Assembly: GCA_051453625.1 (NCBI GenBank)
Contig: JBOZIK010000001.1
Span: 44,061,536-44,125,535, forward strand
Reading direction: 5' to 3'
Source: Welwitschia mirabilis
Lineage: Eukaryota
Length of the DNA: 64,000 bases
Below are positions 26,251 to 41,000 of this stretch, piece after piece. The translations under genes and the position numbers were made by a program. The notes beneath the pieces were generated by a model that saw only the letters and a program-made list of their open reading frames with translations, was not told where the DNA came from and made no database searches. Positions within the stretch are counted from its first letter, which is position 1. Each line of letters begins with the position of its first letter.

Positions 26251-27704
26251 TTTGATTATGATGTGATTTAATAGATTGTGTAGTTCAGATCTTTATTAAG
26301 TAACAAATTTCATATTATTTCATGTTGTTATTTGTTATTTCCTATTCATCCTCTAAATTTGATTTTCAAATGTGTGGTTCTGATACCAATTATAGGTTTT
26401 GATGAAATCTAATAATGTAGTTGGGACCCAATAATCAATAAAAGCTAAATAATTTAGTAAATGCATAGTTAAGTACAAAGTAAAAGAATTCAAGAAAATA
26501 TTTGTTTAATTTACAAAATCCTTTTGAATAAAAGTACTTCAAATAACTTTGATCAAAAATATTTGTAAAGATATCATAACATTATTTTCAATTATAAGGG
26601 TATTAAGGATTTTTTAACTAAATCAATGTAAACTAGTATTATATATTTCTATTAAATATGTTGTAGTTTAAAATAGAAAGCCAAACTACAGAGAATATTG
26701 AAGTAATAGGCCGTGAAATAAATAATTACAAGACCAAATGCAAAAATTGTGTGTCGTATCCTCATAGTTTTTAATCCTAAAAAAATGCATAAAAATAAAT
26801 GCAGTAAAAATTCTATAGATAAAATACAAATCACATTAGAATGATTGAAACTAAATAATCTATAGAAAATAAAAACTTCAAAGATTTGTTGTAAAGATTT
26901 GATAAGAAGAGAAAGCAACTCAGATTATGACTGATTTCCTTTGGCAACAAATTCTTCTCTTGATTTGAAAGACTCACAGTATCAAAAAACTAGCATTCTT
27001 CTTCTAATAGTAATAATGTTATTATTTCTTTTACAATGTTAACATTCTCCTTACATTAGTATTCTTCTAATAGCATTCTCTTCCTTTTAGCTGGTAAAAT
27101 AATGTTAACATAAAATAGCTGAGCAGTAGAAATTTCACCTCTTAACTTATGTCCTCACTTCATACTTTTTAGTCATAGAATTTTTTTTTGCCTATTTATA
27201 ATAAATCATACAATGCAAAAATAGGTGAATCCAAAATATTAGATCTAAATTAAATGCTAAAGCTTTAAAAAGATGAGATTTCAAATTTCACTAGAGCCAA
27301 AGACAAATCAAATGAAGTCAAAGTCGATCTTGACAAAATATATAGAGTCAAAGCTAATTCTAATGAAACAAATGAAGCCAAATCTAATAATGGCAAATAG
27401 ACAGATTCAAAATTGATCCTTATTATCAAATTTTAATGGATGTGTGCATAATCTATTAATGAGAGCTTAAATGTAACAAGCACAACTAGCATAGTTATAA
27501 CACTTTAGGAAGGCTAAAAGAATGCTTAATATCATAGAGGAAGAAAATTAAGATGTTAAGATACTAACTAAAAAATGAATTTCATTAATGAAAGCCCTCT
27601 CTCAGATACCAAAACCTATATTCTCAACAACAAAAAGATAAGAATGCCAGGAGGGTAAAAAATAGGGATAACCTAGCATAAATAAAGGTACTGATGTTTC
27701 TTTG

Positions 27705-27834
27705 CCTTTATTCCTCAATTATGGACCATTCTTAAGTCCTTATTCTTTACACACTATGCATTCTAATCCACATATTATCTCATATTAGAGTCCTTTTGTT
27801 GTGACTCTCCCTTTATTTCTTAATCTTTTCCCTT
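27705..27834 (-). pseudogene. Second copy of the LEA fragment, 3'-deleted
   Basis: KGKD*EIKGESQQKDSNMR*YVD*NA*CVKNKDLRMVHKLRNK. The segment equivalent to about 8990-9135 is missing. Confidence 0.68.
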
Positions 27835-28063
27835 GACCTAAGGATATAAAATGACTTTGTTATAATCTCTTATAGCCTATCTAGTGCTAGAGCCATCGTA
27901 ATTCCACTTAGGTAAATCCTTTTGATTACTAATAGGGGCATTTAGACTTTGCCCCTTACTTTGAATTTTGTTGCCAGAGCCATCAATCCATATGTATTCA
28001 GTAATGATTTTTTTGAGTGCATTCAAAGATATCGAGATTAAGAAAATCATTCAAAAGAGACAT
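27835..28063 (-). pseudogene. GLN1: Second copy of the intronless GS1 N-terminal fragment
   Basis: [18 protein letters not shown](+1)[56 protein letters not shown], with intact EYIWI.GSG and [11 protein letters not shown] motifs. Confidence 0.95.
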
Positions 28064-28425
28064 GATTTCTTATTTCTTTAAATAAACAAAGAACTCCAAA
28101 TGGACTGTCAGAATTTCACCTTGTGTAGGTTTATGATATAAACATCTAGCCTCTAATAAAGATAAAATAGTCTGAACTAATCTTCATCATGTTTTGATGT
28201 TTTAATGATAATAAATTAATCAAAATACATAAAATCACTTAGAAATATTATAGTGGAGGAGAAATGAAAGGAATATGGACATTCTGCAAATGTCTAGAAA
28301 TGGCATTCAAGTTTGTGTATTTTCTTTAGCTAGGATTGAGAGCACTATTAGACTAGTGTTATGCAAGGAAGTCTTAGTCCACTTTAATTTCAGCATGATA
28401 CAGTAACTAATAGAGACCGCTAGGT

Positions 28426-28575
28426 AATCATATTTTTGTAACCAATGGAAAGAAAGTTCTGTTCCTCCATAGTAAGTTTCATGTCCAACTTGGTAACCTT
28501 TTTTATTACATTCATCAATAATGCTTGGCTTGCTCAATGATTTTTGCCATATAGACATAATTTTTCCTCTGTCAT
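28426..28575 (-). pseudogene. Second copy of the 14-3-3 N-terminal fragment
   Basis: NYVYMAKIIEQAKHY / MNVIKKVTKLDMKLTMEEQNFLSIGYKNMI, with the same deletion after RY as the first copy. Confidence 0.92.
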
Positions 28576-28856
28576 TTTCAAATTAGAGGTAAAATTTTAG
28601 CTCTTAATAAGAGATCAATCTATGAGATACTATCACATTCTTATTATTGTATGAATAGGAGATAAGAATAATATTATAATTAAGAGATATTAAAAGGATA
28701 TACGATTTATTTAGGTGGACTTTATGTAAAGTAAATAAATTTAAGTAAATGAAGGGTAAAAAAGTATGTTGTAAAAGAAATGTGTTATGTCAAATAATAA
28801 TTGATAATGGACTAATAGGTTTGGATATCATGATTGTTTTGAAAATAAACAATAAT

Positions 28857-30035
28857 TGTTGCACTGCCTAATTATATGTATTTTATAGGGTATTTTAAGT
28901 ATTTTTACATGACATTAGATAAGTTTATACTGAGTTTCAATAATAATGGAGAGCTAAGTTAAATATCATGAAAACATTTAAATGCATTTTAAAGCAAATT
29001 ATAATACTTCCTATCTAAAGAAGCAATTATATAATCGAAGAGACTAATCAGACATAAGAAATACTTTAGAAAATCCCATCATCCACCTCATTATCTAGAT
29101 GACTATATGGACAACAGAAACACTTATGTTGATAATGATGCTTGTTAGACTAATCTAGCAACTAATGTAGAACTTATATAATATGTCATCGTTTCCTATA
29201 ACATCAGGACAACCAACAGGATGACGCCTAAAAGTAGCACTTAATCAAACTTCATCAAACTTTCACCATGTGTCTTTAACATTTTTGTATGGCTATTAGG
29301 GTTTTTACCGTGCCCGATAGCATTTGCTATTTTTAGAGTCTATTTTATAATAAATATTTTATTTACCTTTGACTTAGATTTTATCTTTTTTGACACCAAA
29401 AATTCTCATGATAAAAGATCAAAGAATAGGAGGTCCATCCTTTATTATTGCAGAGAGACATCTCATTAAGATGTAACTGCTTTGTAATATAGATGTTGGC
29501 TTGGCTTAACCAAAACTCTATTTTTCTTTTCATATCATTGGTTAAATGCATCTCCCTTATGGTTTATGTTGCTTTTCATTCTATGATAGCTTTATCTAAG
29601 ATATAGATCATGAGGAAAACCTTTGTTACGATTAACATTATTAGTTTAGATGCATTACATTTCATTTTCTAGATTAACTTTACCTTGTTTTCATGTTATA
29701 TTCAATGTACCTAATAGCTTAGGTTTTTCTTGATCTGATGATGGCTTTTCTTGATTAATCTAAGTTATATAGGATCAATCTCTAAAATATAACTTACATC
29801 TCATTTGTGTAGTATGTTTATTTACATTATTATTTTGCATTATTCTTCTACTTATATATTACATAAGTATTTTGTTTTGAAATTAATTCTTTTTCTTCTC
29901 ACCTTTTCCTTTGATAGAATTATGATATTTAGGTCACTCTAATCTATATTTTTGTTTTGTATTATGCAATATATATTTCTATGATTTTCAGGATTTATTT
30001 AAGATGTAACGTTTACATAAATACATGTCATAACA
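28857..30035 (+). repeat. 5' LTR of the Athila-like element
   Basis: TGTTG...TAACA, colinear with 41657-42810. Confidence 0.9.
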
Positions 30036-30706
30036 TCTTGGCGCCATTATTGAAGAAGGCTACTTGGAGCCTCAAGATTATTATTGCTCACATAAGTACT
30101 TTGGATTTCAAATTAAGTATTTGTCTGTAGTAGCGTTGCATTTTTATAATAGAAATGTAGGTTTTTCTTTCCACATTTTTCATTTTACATTTCAAAAATA
30201 ATGCTTTGTTTTTCTCCTTTTCATCCAGATGACTTGTGGTGATGATGACCTATGAAACTTAGGGTTTTTCATTTTTATAAAAACTAGGGTTTTACTCTTA
30301 TTATCCCCTCTATTGTCCAGATGACTCAGTGGATGATAGTCAATTTGTATTATGTTATTACACAATTCTATTGTTTTATGTTTTTAACTTTTGAATTTTT
30401 TTTTTTTTTTTGTGTCTATTATCTTCCAGATACATCATCTAGATGACCATAGAGATAATGTTCATAAAAATAGAATTAAGCATTCTAAGATATGGTAAAC
30501 TTTGGTAAAAAGACAAAATATTAGAGAGAGTGGTTGTTGATTAAAAAAAATCCAAAAATTTTGATCGAGCCCAAGTACGCACACCCAAGGTACACAAAAT
30601 ATTTCAAGAATTGAGCAAGAAGATTTTTCTGTATTTATTATTTTTGAATCTAATTTTTATAAAGAAAATTTTTTTAAAAAAATTAGAAAAAAATTACTAT
30701 ATTAAA

Positions 30707-33700
30707 ATGTCAAATTCTATGCAAAAATAAAAACAAGTTGCTTTGCCTAATCCCCCTATCGTGATCAAAACCTATACCACCCTTGTAAATCCAAATGCTA
30801 ATGTCACTCTTAAAGAACTAATTACAAATAAGGATCATGAAATCCAAATTCATTTTAACCTANNNNNNNNNNNNNNNNNNNNNNNNNNNNNNNNNNTTTT
30901 TTATCTTATTTTTAATGGAAAAAATGATCAAGATCCCTTTCAACATATATCTAACACCAAACAATTATTGCTTACTCGTAGAAATGGTAAAAAATGAATT
31001 ATTGATCATATTTACATGGTTATCTTTTCCATTACTTTAAAAGGAAATGTAAAACTCTAATTAAGAACTATTTCACATAAAGTTTTAAAAACATGAAACT
31101 CAGTTTAATAAGCATTTATAAAAAGATTTATGAGTGAAAAAACAATAAGAAAAGAAAGAAAAAAAGTAACAAATTTTTAATAACAACCTAATAAAGATTA
31201 TGCCTTCACTTATAAACAATTTTTACATTCTAATCCTATAGATGTATTCACTCAAGAAGAAGTATTAGACTATTTCTACAGTGGACTTAATAGCTAAACC
31301 ACATAACTTATAGATTTTTCATGTAGAGAAAATTTAATGAATTCCACATTATAAAATACATGAAGATTATTGGAAGAACTAGTAGAAGTAAGTCAAGCAT
31401 GGTCTAAAGAAATACCTAAATAAAATCATATAGTAGTTCAAATTATAAAATATCTTAAAGAAGTGAAACAAGAGAAGGAGGAAGCACAAATAGAAAAAGA
31501 ACTAACAAATTTCATTAAGGGTTTCACAATAATCTAAGAAAAATACAAACAAATGATTTTAGATGCAAAAGTAGCAACTGAAAAGAGTGTGGTTCCAACT
31601 TGTGATTTGTATGAAGACAATAATCATGTGATTAAATAATGTCATTTATTTCCAACTTACAAAGAGAAAATTTATGAAAATGTATGTGCATTCAAACAAA
31701 ATTTTTTAAACTTTATAACTTAAAATCAAAATCAAATTCAAAAAAAATGTTAACCTAGGATGAATGGATAACCTAATTTTCAATATTTTGAGAATAAATT
31801 TAAGAACTTTTAAGTAAATCATCCAAATTTTCAACCATTTAGAAAGAGTTTTGAGAATGCTAACTTTAATCAAATAACTCAAACTTCCAAATAAGTAACT
31901 CAAATTATTAAGCAAACATATCAAATTCTAAAATCAAAATGATTCACCTAAAAATTCCATTGTTGAATTAAGAAAATATCAAGAAAATACCAATTTAAAT
32001 ATTGAAAATCTTATTAATATTCTTCAATAAACTATGCTTTCAAAGCAAAGACTATAAGAATTACTTGCAACACAACCTTTATTAAACCCTAATGAAGCAA
32101 GAAAAGATTGTAAGGTTGTGATTAGAAGTCGAAATAAAATAACACCTCCTAACTATGAGGCTTTAACTTTTCAAAATGATAAGAATGATAAAAAAGAAGA
32201 GGATATTAAAATTTTAGAAAATCATACTTTCCCTTTTCTTTTAAGTGATAAGCTTAATAAGAAAAATTCTTTTCAAGATAAAGGTAAGAAACCTACTACC
32301 CTTAGCTTGATAGTTTAAATATCAATCTCATCTTTGATAAGCATCTTAAAGCCTTAGTATAAGATGTGAGCATAAATTTACTATTTTGGAAACTCTTACA
32401 AGAAAATCCTAAAAATTCTAAGTTATGTAAAGATCTAATTAGGAGAAAACAAAAACAAACTATACCTAGCAAGGTCTTCCTAGCCCAATTTATAACCAAC
32501 TTAGTTTTGCAAAAATGTCCAAAATTTAAGGATTCAGGGGTAATAATAGTTAGTATTACATTATAAGAAACTAAAGAATAAAGAAAGCCTTTATCGATAT
32601 AGGAGTAATTGTTAACATTATGTCTTTACACATTTGTCAATGACGTTGTTTGTAAAGTAAAATTCAACCTACAAATATTATCTTAGAATTAGTAAATACA
32701 ATAGTAAAGAAATCTTTAGGAATAATAAAAGATTTGGTGATTTAAATTGAGGAAGTATTTTATCTAGTGCATAGGATTATGATTGAATTTGAGCATAGTA
32801 AACATTATCCACTACTTCTACGTATAGCATTTTATGCAACATTCCATTATATTATTAATATCAAAGTTGGAATGATGGAATGTCACTTAGGAAATAAAAA
32901 GTTTGTTATGAGAGTTTTTGATGCTACTAAAAAAAGACTTAGGAGATGAGTTAAATATTGAAGAAAAAATTAAGCCAATATTATTTTTATAGTGTTGTAC
33001 ATTTGGATAGAGATGGTTAATACTTCATAAGCCNNNNNNNNNNNNNNNNNNNNNNNNNNNNNNNNNNNNNNNNNNNNNNNNNNNNNNNNNNNNNNNNNNN
33101 NNNNNNNNNNNNNNNNNNNNNNNNNNNNNNNNNNNNNNNNNNNNNNNNNNNNNNNNNNNNNNNNNNNNNNNNNNNNNNNNNNNNNNNNNNNNNNNNNNNN
33201 NNNNNNNNNNNNNNNNNNNNNNNNNNNNNNNNNNNNNNNNNNNNNNNNNNNNNNNNNNNNNNNNNNNNNNNNNNNNNNNNNNNNNNNNNNNNNNNNNNNN
33301 NNNNNNNNNNNNNNNNNNNNNNNNNNNNNNNNNNNNNNNNNNNNNNNNNNNNNNNNNNNNNNNNNNNNNNNNNNNNNNNNNNNNNNNNNNNNNNNNNNNN
33401 NNNNNNNNNNNNNNNNNNNNNNNNNNNNNNNNNNNNNNNNNNNNNNNNNNNNNNNNNNNNNNNNNNNNNNNNNNNNNNNNNNNNNNNNNNNNNNNNNNNN
33501 NNNNNNNNNNNNNNNNNNNNNNNNNNNNNNNNNNNNNNNNNNNNNNNNNNNNNNNNNNNNNNNNNNNNNNNNNNNNNNNNNNNNNNNNNNNNNNNNNNNN
33601 NNNNNNNNNNNNNNNNNNNNNNNNNNNNNNNNNNNNNNNNNNNNNNNNNNNNNNNNNNNNNNNNNNNNNNNNNNNNNNAGTGTTGTACATTTGGATAGAG

Positions 33701-36700
33701 ATGGTTAATACTTCATAAGCCTATCTTGATTGATGATTCACTTGAAGTGGAAAACTCAAAAGCTTTTGATAATGATGAACTCAATTATGAGCATTTAAGA
33801 ACTGACTATTTTGATAAGGATACTAAAGAAAATAAAATTACAATCTGTAAAGAAGTCCAACATCTAAAAGTAACTAAGATTTCATAGTTTGAAAGAGGTC
33901 ATCCACCTCATTTGCCTAGACGATAGTTTGAGAGGACAGTCAATTCGAATAAAAATTTAATAGAAACTAAAAATCTGAATCTAAATATGAAAACCTTACC
34001 CATTGGACTAAAATATATCTTTTTGTGTAATGATTAGAATAAACTATTAATAATAAATAAAAATATTTTCCCTCAATAAGAATCAATTTTAATGTCACTT
34101 TTGAATTCTAATGTTAATGCATTTGCTTAGTTCCATAAAGATTTAGTAGCCATTTTTACTTCCATTGTTCAACATAAAATCTATCTTGAGGACAATGCAA
34201 AACTTGTTAGGTAACCCTAACGTAGACTAAATTCAGCTCTTAAATAAGTGGCAAAAGATGAAATCATTAATAATAGATGTTGAAATTATTTATGCCATAT
34301 CTAATAATCAGTGGGTTAGCCCTTTGACAGTAGTACCTAAGAAATGTAGGAAGTGGAGAATGTGTATGAATTTTAGAAATCTAAATGAAGTAACAAAGAA
34401 ACACTTTTTCTTAACCAGATACTTAATAGAATTAAAGGACATGCCTTTTATTTCTTTTTTGATGGGTATAATAGTTACAACTAGGTTTGTATCATTAATG
34501 AGGACTAAGCTAAAACAACTTTCACTTTGTCTTTTGAAACATTTACCTTTAGATACATGCCTTTTGGACTTTGTAATACTCCTGATACTTTTTAACATGC
34601 AATAATGGATACCTTTTTTGATATGTTAAAGGATTCAATTAAAATTTTTATAAATGACTTCTCAATCTATGATCAAAACTTTGAACAAATCTTAAAAAGG
34701 TTAGAGAAAGTCCTTGATAGATGCATTAAGAATGGATTATATTTGAGTTGGGAGAAGAGTTTTTTCTTAGTTGATAATGAAATTGTCTTAGATCATAACA
34801 TTTCAAGCAAAGGAATTAGGATGGAGCCTAAAAAAGTGAGTATTATTAAAAATCTAACTCCTTCAACAAATGTAAAACAAGTTTAAATTTTTTTATTTGG
34901 TTTCTATGATTTTTATCATCATTTTATTTAGGATTATGCTAAAATTTATAAACCTCTTCACTCGTTACTTAAAAAAGAAGCTAAATTTCAATGGAATAAA
35001 ACTTGTTAGTTTAGTTTTGAAACACTTAAAATCTCTTTCATACCTATTATAATGGGAACCGATTAGAATAAAAATTTTGGGGTTAATGTATGATTCTAAT
35101 AATATTGCTATGGATGATGGACAAAAGTATAAAAATGATTTTAAAGTTATATCTTATTATAGTAAGACTTTATCTAAAGCTCAACCAAATTATACTACTA
35201 CTGAGAAAGAAATGTTAGTAATAATTTTTTACCTTAAACGCTTAGACACTATCTTTTAGGCTTTTATAAAAATGTTTATACTAATCATGCAGCTATTAGA
35301 AATCTTATGACTAAGAAAGATTCTAGTGATAAACTCATTAAAAAGATCCTCCTCATGCAAGAATTTAATCTGACCATCATTGATAAAGTAGGAAAACATA
35401 AAAGTATAGCAAATCATTTGTCACATCTTTCTTCTTCTCTTGATGATCTTATGATTAATGATTCTTCTCTAAATGGATAACTTTTTATTATATATTTTAC
35501 TCATTCTTCTTCTTGGTATGTTAACATAATTAATTATTTTATTATCATACTTCTTCTTGGTATGTTAACATAATTAATTATTTTATTATCATAAAAACAC
35601 CATGACATTGAACTCATAATCTAAAAAACCTTTTCTCCATAGAATAGATAATTATGAATGGATAGAGCCACATCTTTACCATAGGTAAAAAGACCACACC
35701 ATAAAAAAGTTGTATGCCTGAATCGAAAAAAATCAAACATCCTTCATCTTTACCATGGTAGCATTTGTGGAGGTCATTTTCGTGGATGGAAAATAGCAAT
35801 GAAAATTCTTCATTCTGGTTTTTATTAGCCTAGTCTTTTTTAGGACTCTTTTCATTTTGCTAGAAGCTATAATTCTTGTCAATGTTATGGTGATCTTATT
35901 CATTCTCATGAGATGCCCTTTAAACCTATTTTTGAATGTGAACATTTTAATTATTGGGGAATTGATTTTATAGGTTTTATTAAATCACCTTATAATGATA
36001 AGAACTACATCTTAGTGGTTGTTGATTATGTTACTAAATGGGTTGAAGCTATTTCTACTTTTACGAATGTCAAATTGTTTGTACTTTTATTAGAACTTGT
36101 ATTTTTTAACATTTTGATTTTTCTAAAATTATCATTAGTGATCAAGGTACTTATTTTATTAATTAACTTTTTAGGAAACTTTTTTTTATCCATTGGAATT
36201 AAACATAGAGTAGCTTTTGCTTATCATCCACAAACCAATGGTCAAGCTAAAAATGTAAATAGAGAAATAAAGAAAATACTATAAAAACTTGTCTTTGTTA
36301 ATGAAAAATTTTAGGCTTCTAAGATTAACTATGTTCTTTGGGCTTACTATACTACTTGGCATAATTCTCTTGATTTTTCATCTTATCAACTTATAAATGA
36401 AAAATTTTGTGTTTTACCTGTTAATGTATATTATAACTCTTATAGTTCTTCCCCTTAACTTAATCTTGTAGACCTTCATGAAAATATTAAAAATAGATTA
36501 GCCCAACTTAATTACTTAGATGAAAAATGTACTAATACTATACATCATCAACTTATTCACAAATCCCAAGCTAAGTTCAAACATAATAAAAAGTTACTTT
36601 GTAAAATGTTCAAACCTGGTTAACTTGTTTTTTAATACAATACTAGAGTACATCTTTTATACAATGAGTTGACCTCTAAATCATTAGGTTATTATCTTCT

Positions 36701-36960
36701 ACAGTAAGTACATTCTAATGGCTCTATTAATATTTTTGAATTAGAAACTTCAAAAATTTAATGGATAAAGGTTAAAAATATATGGAAAGTACATTCTAAT
36801 GTCTCTTTTGAGATTTATGACTTAGATACTAAGGAGATTTAGAAAGTTAATGGATAAAAGTTAAAAATATATCAGAAACCATTTGATGCAACCTTGAACA
36901 TGATAGAAGCAAGTGTTTTTGAGGTTCCCCTCAATGGGAAGAACTTCCCCCTTATCATTT
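30707..36960 (+). pseudogene. Athila-like gag-pol, decayed (gag, PR, RT, RNase H, integrase)
   Basis: gag DQDPFQHI; RT WVSPLTVVPKK..WRMCMNFRNLN and IFINDFSIY; RNase H AQPNYTTTEKEML; integrase HGSICGGHF, WGIDFIG, VDYVTKWVEA and AYHPQTNGQA. RT-RH-INT order. Ends are approximate. Confidence 0.92.
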
Positions 36961-37289
36961 TCTGAATTCTCTCTTAGCTTATTCCTTGGTGAATGTTATA
37001 ATATCACTTAATAATTACTAACTTGACTTATGTGTTTACTTTATGAAGTTTCTATGCTTAGTATTCATACTTAGGCATTTTTACAATGATAAAATTGGAT
37101 TCATCCAATCTTGAGACATTCACATGCTTATGAACTTCATTTTAAAGGAAGATGCCTTGGTTTTTGTGCTTTCTTTTTAATGTGTAAGATCTTTGATTTT
37201 TTACATCTATTTTTTTATGTCTTTCATCTCATTTCTTTACCTTCATATTTTTAACTATGTGATCATGTGGGAATTATTTGTGTAAATCA

Positions 37290-37338
37290 AACAGAGAGAA
37301 AGAGAGAGAGGGAGGAAGGGGGGGAGGGAAGAGAGAGA

Positions 37339-37401
<63 letters not shown>

Positions 37402-38060
37402 TATAATAAAAATATTTATTATGTCTATGATAAAAAACNNNNNNNNNNNNNNNNNNNNNNNNNNNNNNNNNNNNNNNNNNNNNNNNNNNNNNNNNNNNNN
37501 NNNNNNNNNNNNNNNNNNNNNNNNNNNNNNNNNNNNNNNNNNNNNNNNNNNNNNNNNNNNNNNNNNNNNNNNNNNNNNNNNNNNNNNNNNNNNNNNNNNN
37601 NNNNNNNNNNNNNNNNNNNNNNNNNNNNNNNNNNNNNNNNNNNNNNNNNNNNNNNNNNNNNNNNNNNNNNNNNNNNNNNNNNNNNNNNNNNNNNNNNNNN
37701 NNNNNNNNNNNNNNNNNNNNNNNNNNNNNNNNNNNNNNNNNNNNNNNNNNNNNNNNNNNNNNNNNNNNNNNNNNNNNNNNNNNNNNNNNNNNNNNNNNNN
37801 NNNNNNNNNNNNNNNNNNNNNNNNNNNNNNNNNNNNNNNNNNNNNNNNNNNNNNNNNNNNNNNNNNNNNNNNNNNNNNNNNNNNNNNNNNNNNNNNNNNN
37901 NNNNNNNNNNNNNNNNNNNNNNNNNNNNNNNNNNNNNNNNNNNNNNNNNNNNNNNNNNNNNNNNNNNNNNNNNNNNNNNNNNNNNNNNNNNNNNNNNNNN
38001 NNNNNNNNNNNNNNNNNNNNNNNNNNNNNNNNNNGAGAGAGAGAGAGAGAGAGAGAGGAG
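37290..38060. repeat. (GA)n microsatellite tracts flanking an assembly gap
   Basis: Long GA runs at about 37292-37401 and 38034-38057. Confidence 0.9.
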
Positions 38061-41000
38061 AATAACATGATTTATTATGTCTATGCTAAAATACATGGTT
38101 ACCATAATGTCCTACTGTACTTAGGTAAATTTTTTTAAAAGGAACTTTTAGCAATGTTGGTGGTTGTACAAACTCCACTAGGGGGTTAGTTGGTCATGCT
38201 TCACAATCCCTTACTTCTCTAACTATGGCTGCACTCCCCTCATTATAGAAAGTAGTAATAAAACTTTGAGGCTATGGGATCAGTGGTGTTCCTGGTGTCA
38301 TCAGAGACATTACTTATTTCTTAGATTCTTAGAATTCCCATATGATAATTTCAATTTTAAGGATTTGAATGTGTTTTGAAGTGTGAGTAGTTAAGTATGT
38401 TTCTAATCATCTTTTGGTCTTATCATTCATTATATTAAGCATTGATCTATAATATCATTATAATCACTACGTTTTCGAATAAAACTTTATAAATTCAATA
38501 CATTTTATCATGCATCTTTATTTAGATGATTTTATAATGTCTTCTATGGGACTTTATTAGGCTAAAATTTAGGATAGGTAAGCTATCTTCTTCATGTTCC
38601 TTATGTCTATTTTTGTTTTGTATTTCTTTGATTCTTTAGTTTGTTATTTTAAAGTCATTTTTATACTTTTTTATCAATATTTAGAACCTTATCATTTAGT
38701 AGTTTCTTTCTTTATATTTTCATTTTTACCTTTATTGTTTTATTAGTAAAAAGTTGATTTTCCTTTAGCATTTTAATTAGATGATCTTCTCTTACTCTTA
38801 GATGAATTCTTCACAATTTTTATGAGAGTCCTTTAAGTATTTTTAATTTTTATATATTTTCATTATTCTTTTTAAGGTCTGACACATTTATTTAGTTTTT
38901 TTTTATAGGTTTCAATCTACTTAGTGCATTTTCATCATCCTATCTTTTGATTTCTTTGAGTTTTTCTTGTCTCCCTTATTCCTTACAATTCTTCATCATT
39001 TCCTATTTTTTGCCTTTTTTAATAAAATATAATACCTTCATGATAATATCTGAGCCTAACTTGATTGACTGACATCTTCATTTTTCTCAAACTTTTTAAA
39101 GTTCCATCATCCACTTGATCATCTGGATGACATGGAAAACAATAGCTGAGATTTTTCTAACAGTCATCCTAGGTTGTCGTCAAGATGATGCAACTAGACG
39201 ATAGTGTAATAAAATTTGCAAGTGAGTTTCTTTTCTCATTTTTCTTTCATTCTCTATTTTTTTGGTCCATTTATCTAAGAGATGATAGTTACTATGATTG
39301 CTACTGATGTTGTAGGACTTTTCCTAGTTAGATTAGTGCCTTGGATTACGAATTTTTAATGAATTTTGCAAAATGAGGCATGTTTTTCTCTCCCTTATTA
39401 TTTTCAATTTTTTCTCCCATTTTTGGATCTTTTAGCATGTCATTTTTATGTATATTGTTCAGTTTCATGTGTTGTTTGATTTGGAACTTTTCATAGCATA
39501 TTTTACAAAATATCTCAAATTATGTATTTTATGAGGTATAAAGCTCGTCGTACTAATCAATTTATTCTAAAGGACCACTACATTTTGACTTATGATTTTT
39601 AACAAAACGCAGTTTGAAGTTAAAAACTTGATTTGAACATTTTCATTTTTTACCTTATGTGAGGTCCACTACTTTTATACCTTTTAACTTTTCTCATATT
39701 TTTCATTTTTTTTGCAAGATTAGGTAATATGGAACACATTTATACTCTTGAGAAGAGGCATGACAAAGTATTATGATTTTTATACATTAAAAACCAATAT
39801 ATAAGTTCATTTCGAGTATATATGCTATCTCCACTTAATCTCACATGACGTGTTTTACGTTTTTAACTAATTATGTCATGTCCAAGTAGAAAGATATAGA
39901 CCGAGGTAAAAGACAAGGTAGTAGAGTAAGAAGTGGGTCCATTAGCATTACCAAAGGTTAAACAGGTAGAGTCAGTCCATCCTCCACCTCACTGGAATAG
40001 GTCTTTTGATTTAGATATCTACCATTCATGTAAAGAGACATTTTTGAGACTTCATGAGACAATTAAAGCTAAAGTGGAATCAAAGATTGATAGATCTACA
40101 TCTCTAATGAATTATAAATACATAGGGAATATATTACATTTCAAGGACTAGAGAATTTTACGATATGATACATATAAAGCAGTGTCTTGAGTCTTGTGAC
40201 TAACTTGTTGACATGATCGTAGCTACATTCATTATCATGAGATAGCGATTCTCCTAAATTACATTAATGTTTTTACTGATCTAGATGGCATTGTAAGTAC
40301 TCATATCCACTTAGCTGATGATACAGAGAAGTTTCATGCTTAAGCACAGCATTAGATATTCTAGTTGATCTAACTACTGATAGGCAGGGAGTTTTGATGA
40401 TATAGTTATCACCTACCTGTTAGATTCTTCATAGAGCACTAATTCATAATATTAGCCTATCATTCCATGACAGTCATGCTATGGTTGTACACCTTCAGAT
40501 ACTAACAATGTTTAGGTAGGGTAAGTAGATGAATTTACTAACTTTCATTTAGAGAAGACTCAGGAGTATGATCGAGGCAGTACAACTACAAATTCTAGGA
40601 TATCCTTGCCTCCTCTTAGCCATGTTCAAATGCTTCAGTATACCTGAGCTTGTTGGCAAGTATAAATTCACACATATCCAAACTTTAGCTTATTACTATA
40701 GAACATGAGCATTTAGATACCAAGAGAGGCAAAAAGACCCTAAGTATATCGACCTATGGTCAACATCACTATTGAGCATATTATGCTCTCCTTGCAGAGA
40801 TGACACACAGCATCATAGAGATAGTAGGCTAAGGCATAATCATATTTGAGTAGAAGATCTCCATAATTAAGAGGAGAGTACAGCACACTGAGGAGTAGTT
40901 GGTTGACATGCATTAGCACATATTACATATCAAGCACAATGTGATAGTTGACCTTTCAGAGGCACTTAGAGTGTAGGGAAATGAGATAGTATGCACCATT

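Noticed and set aside
35507-35593. ~43-bp tandem duplication in Athila pol (also about 36703-36870, and 56732-56777 in the LINE)
   Set aside because: Ordinary post-insertion slippage duplications in dead TEs.
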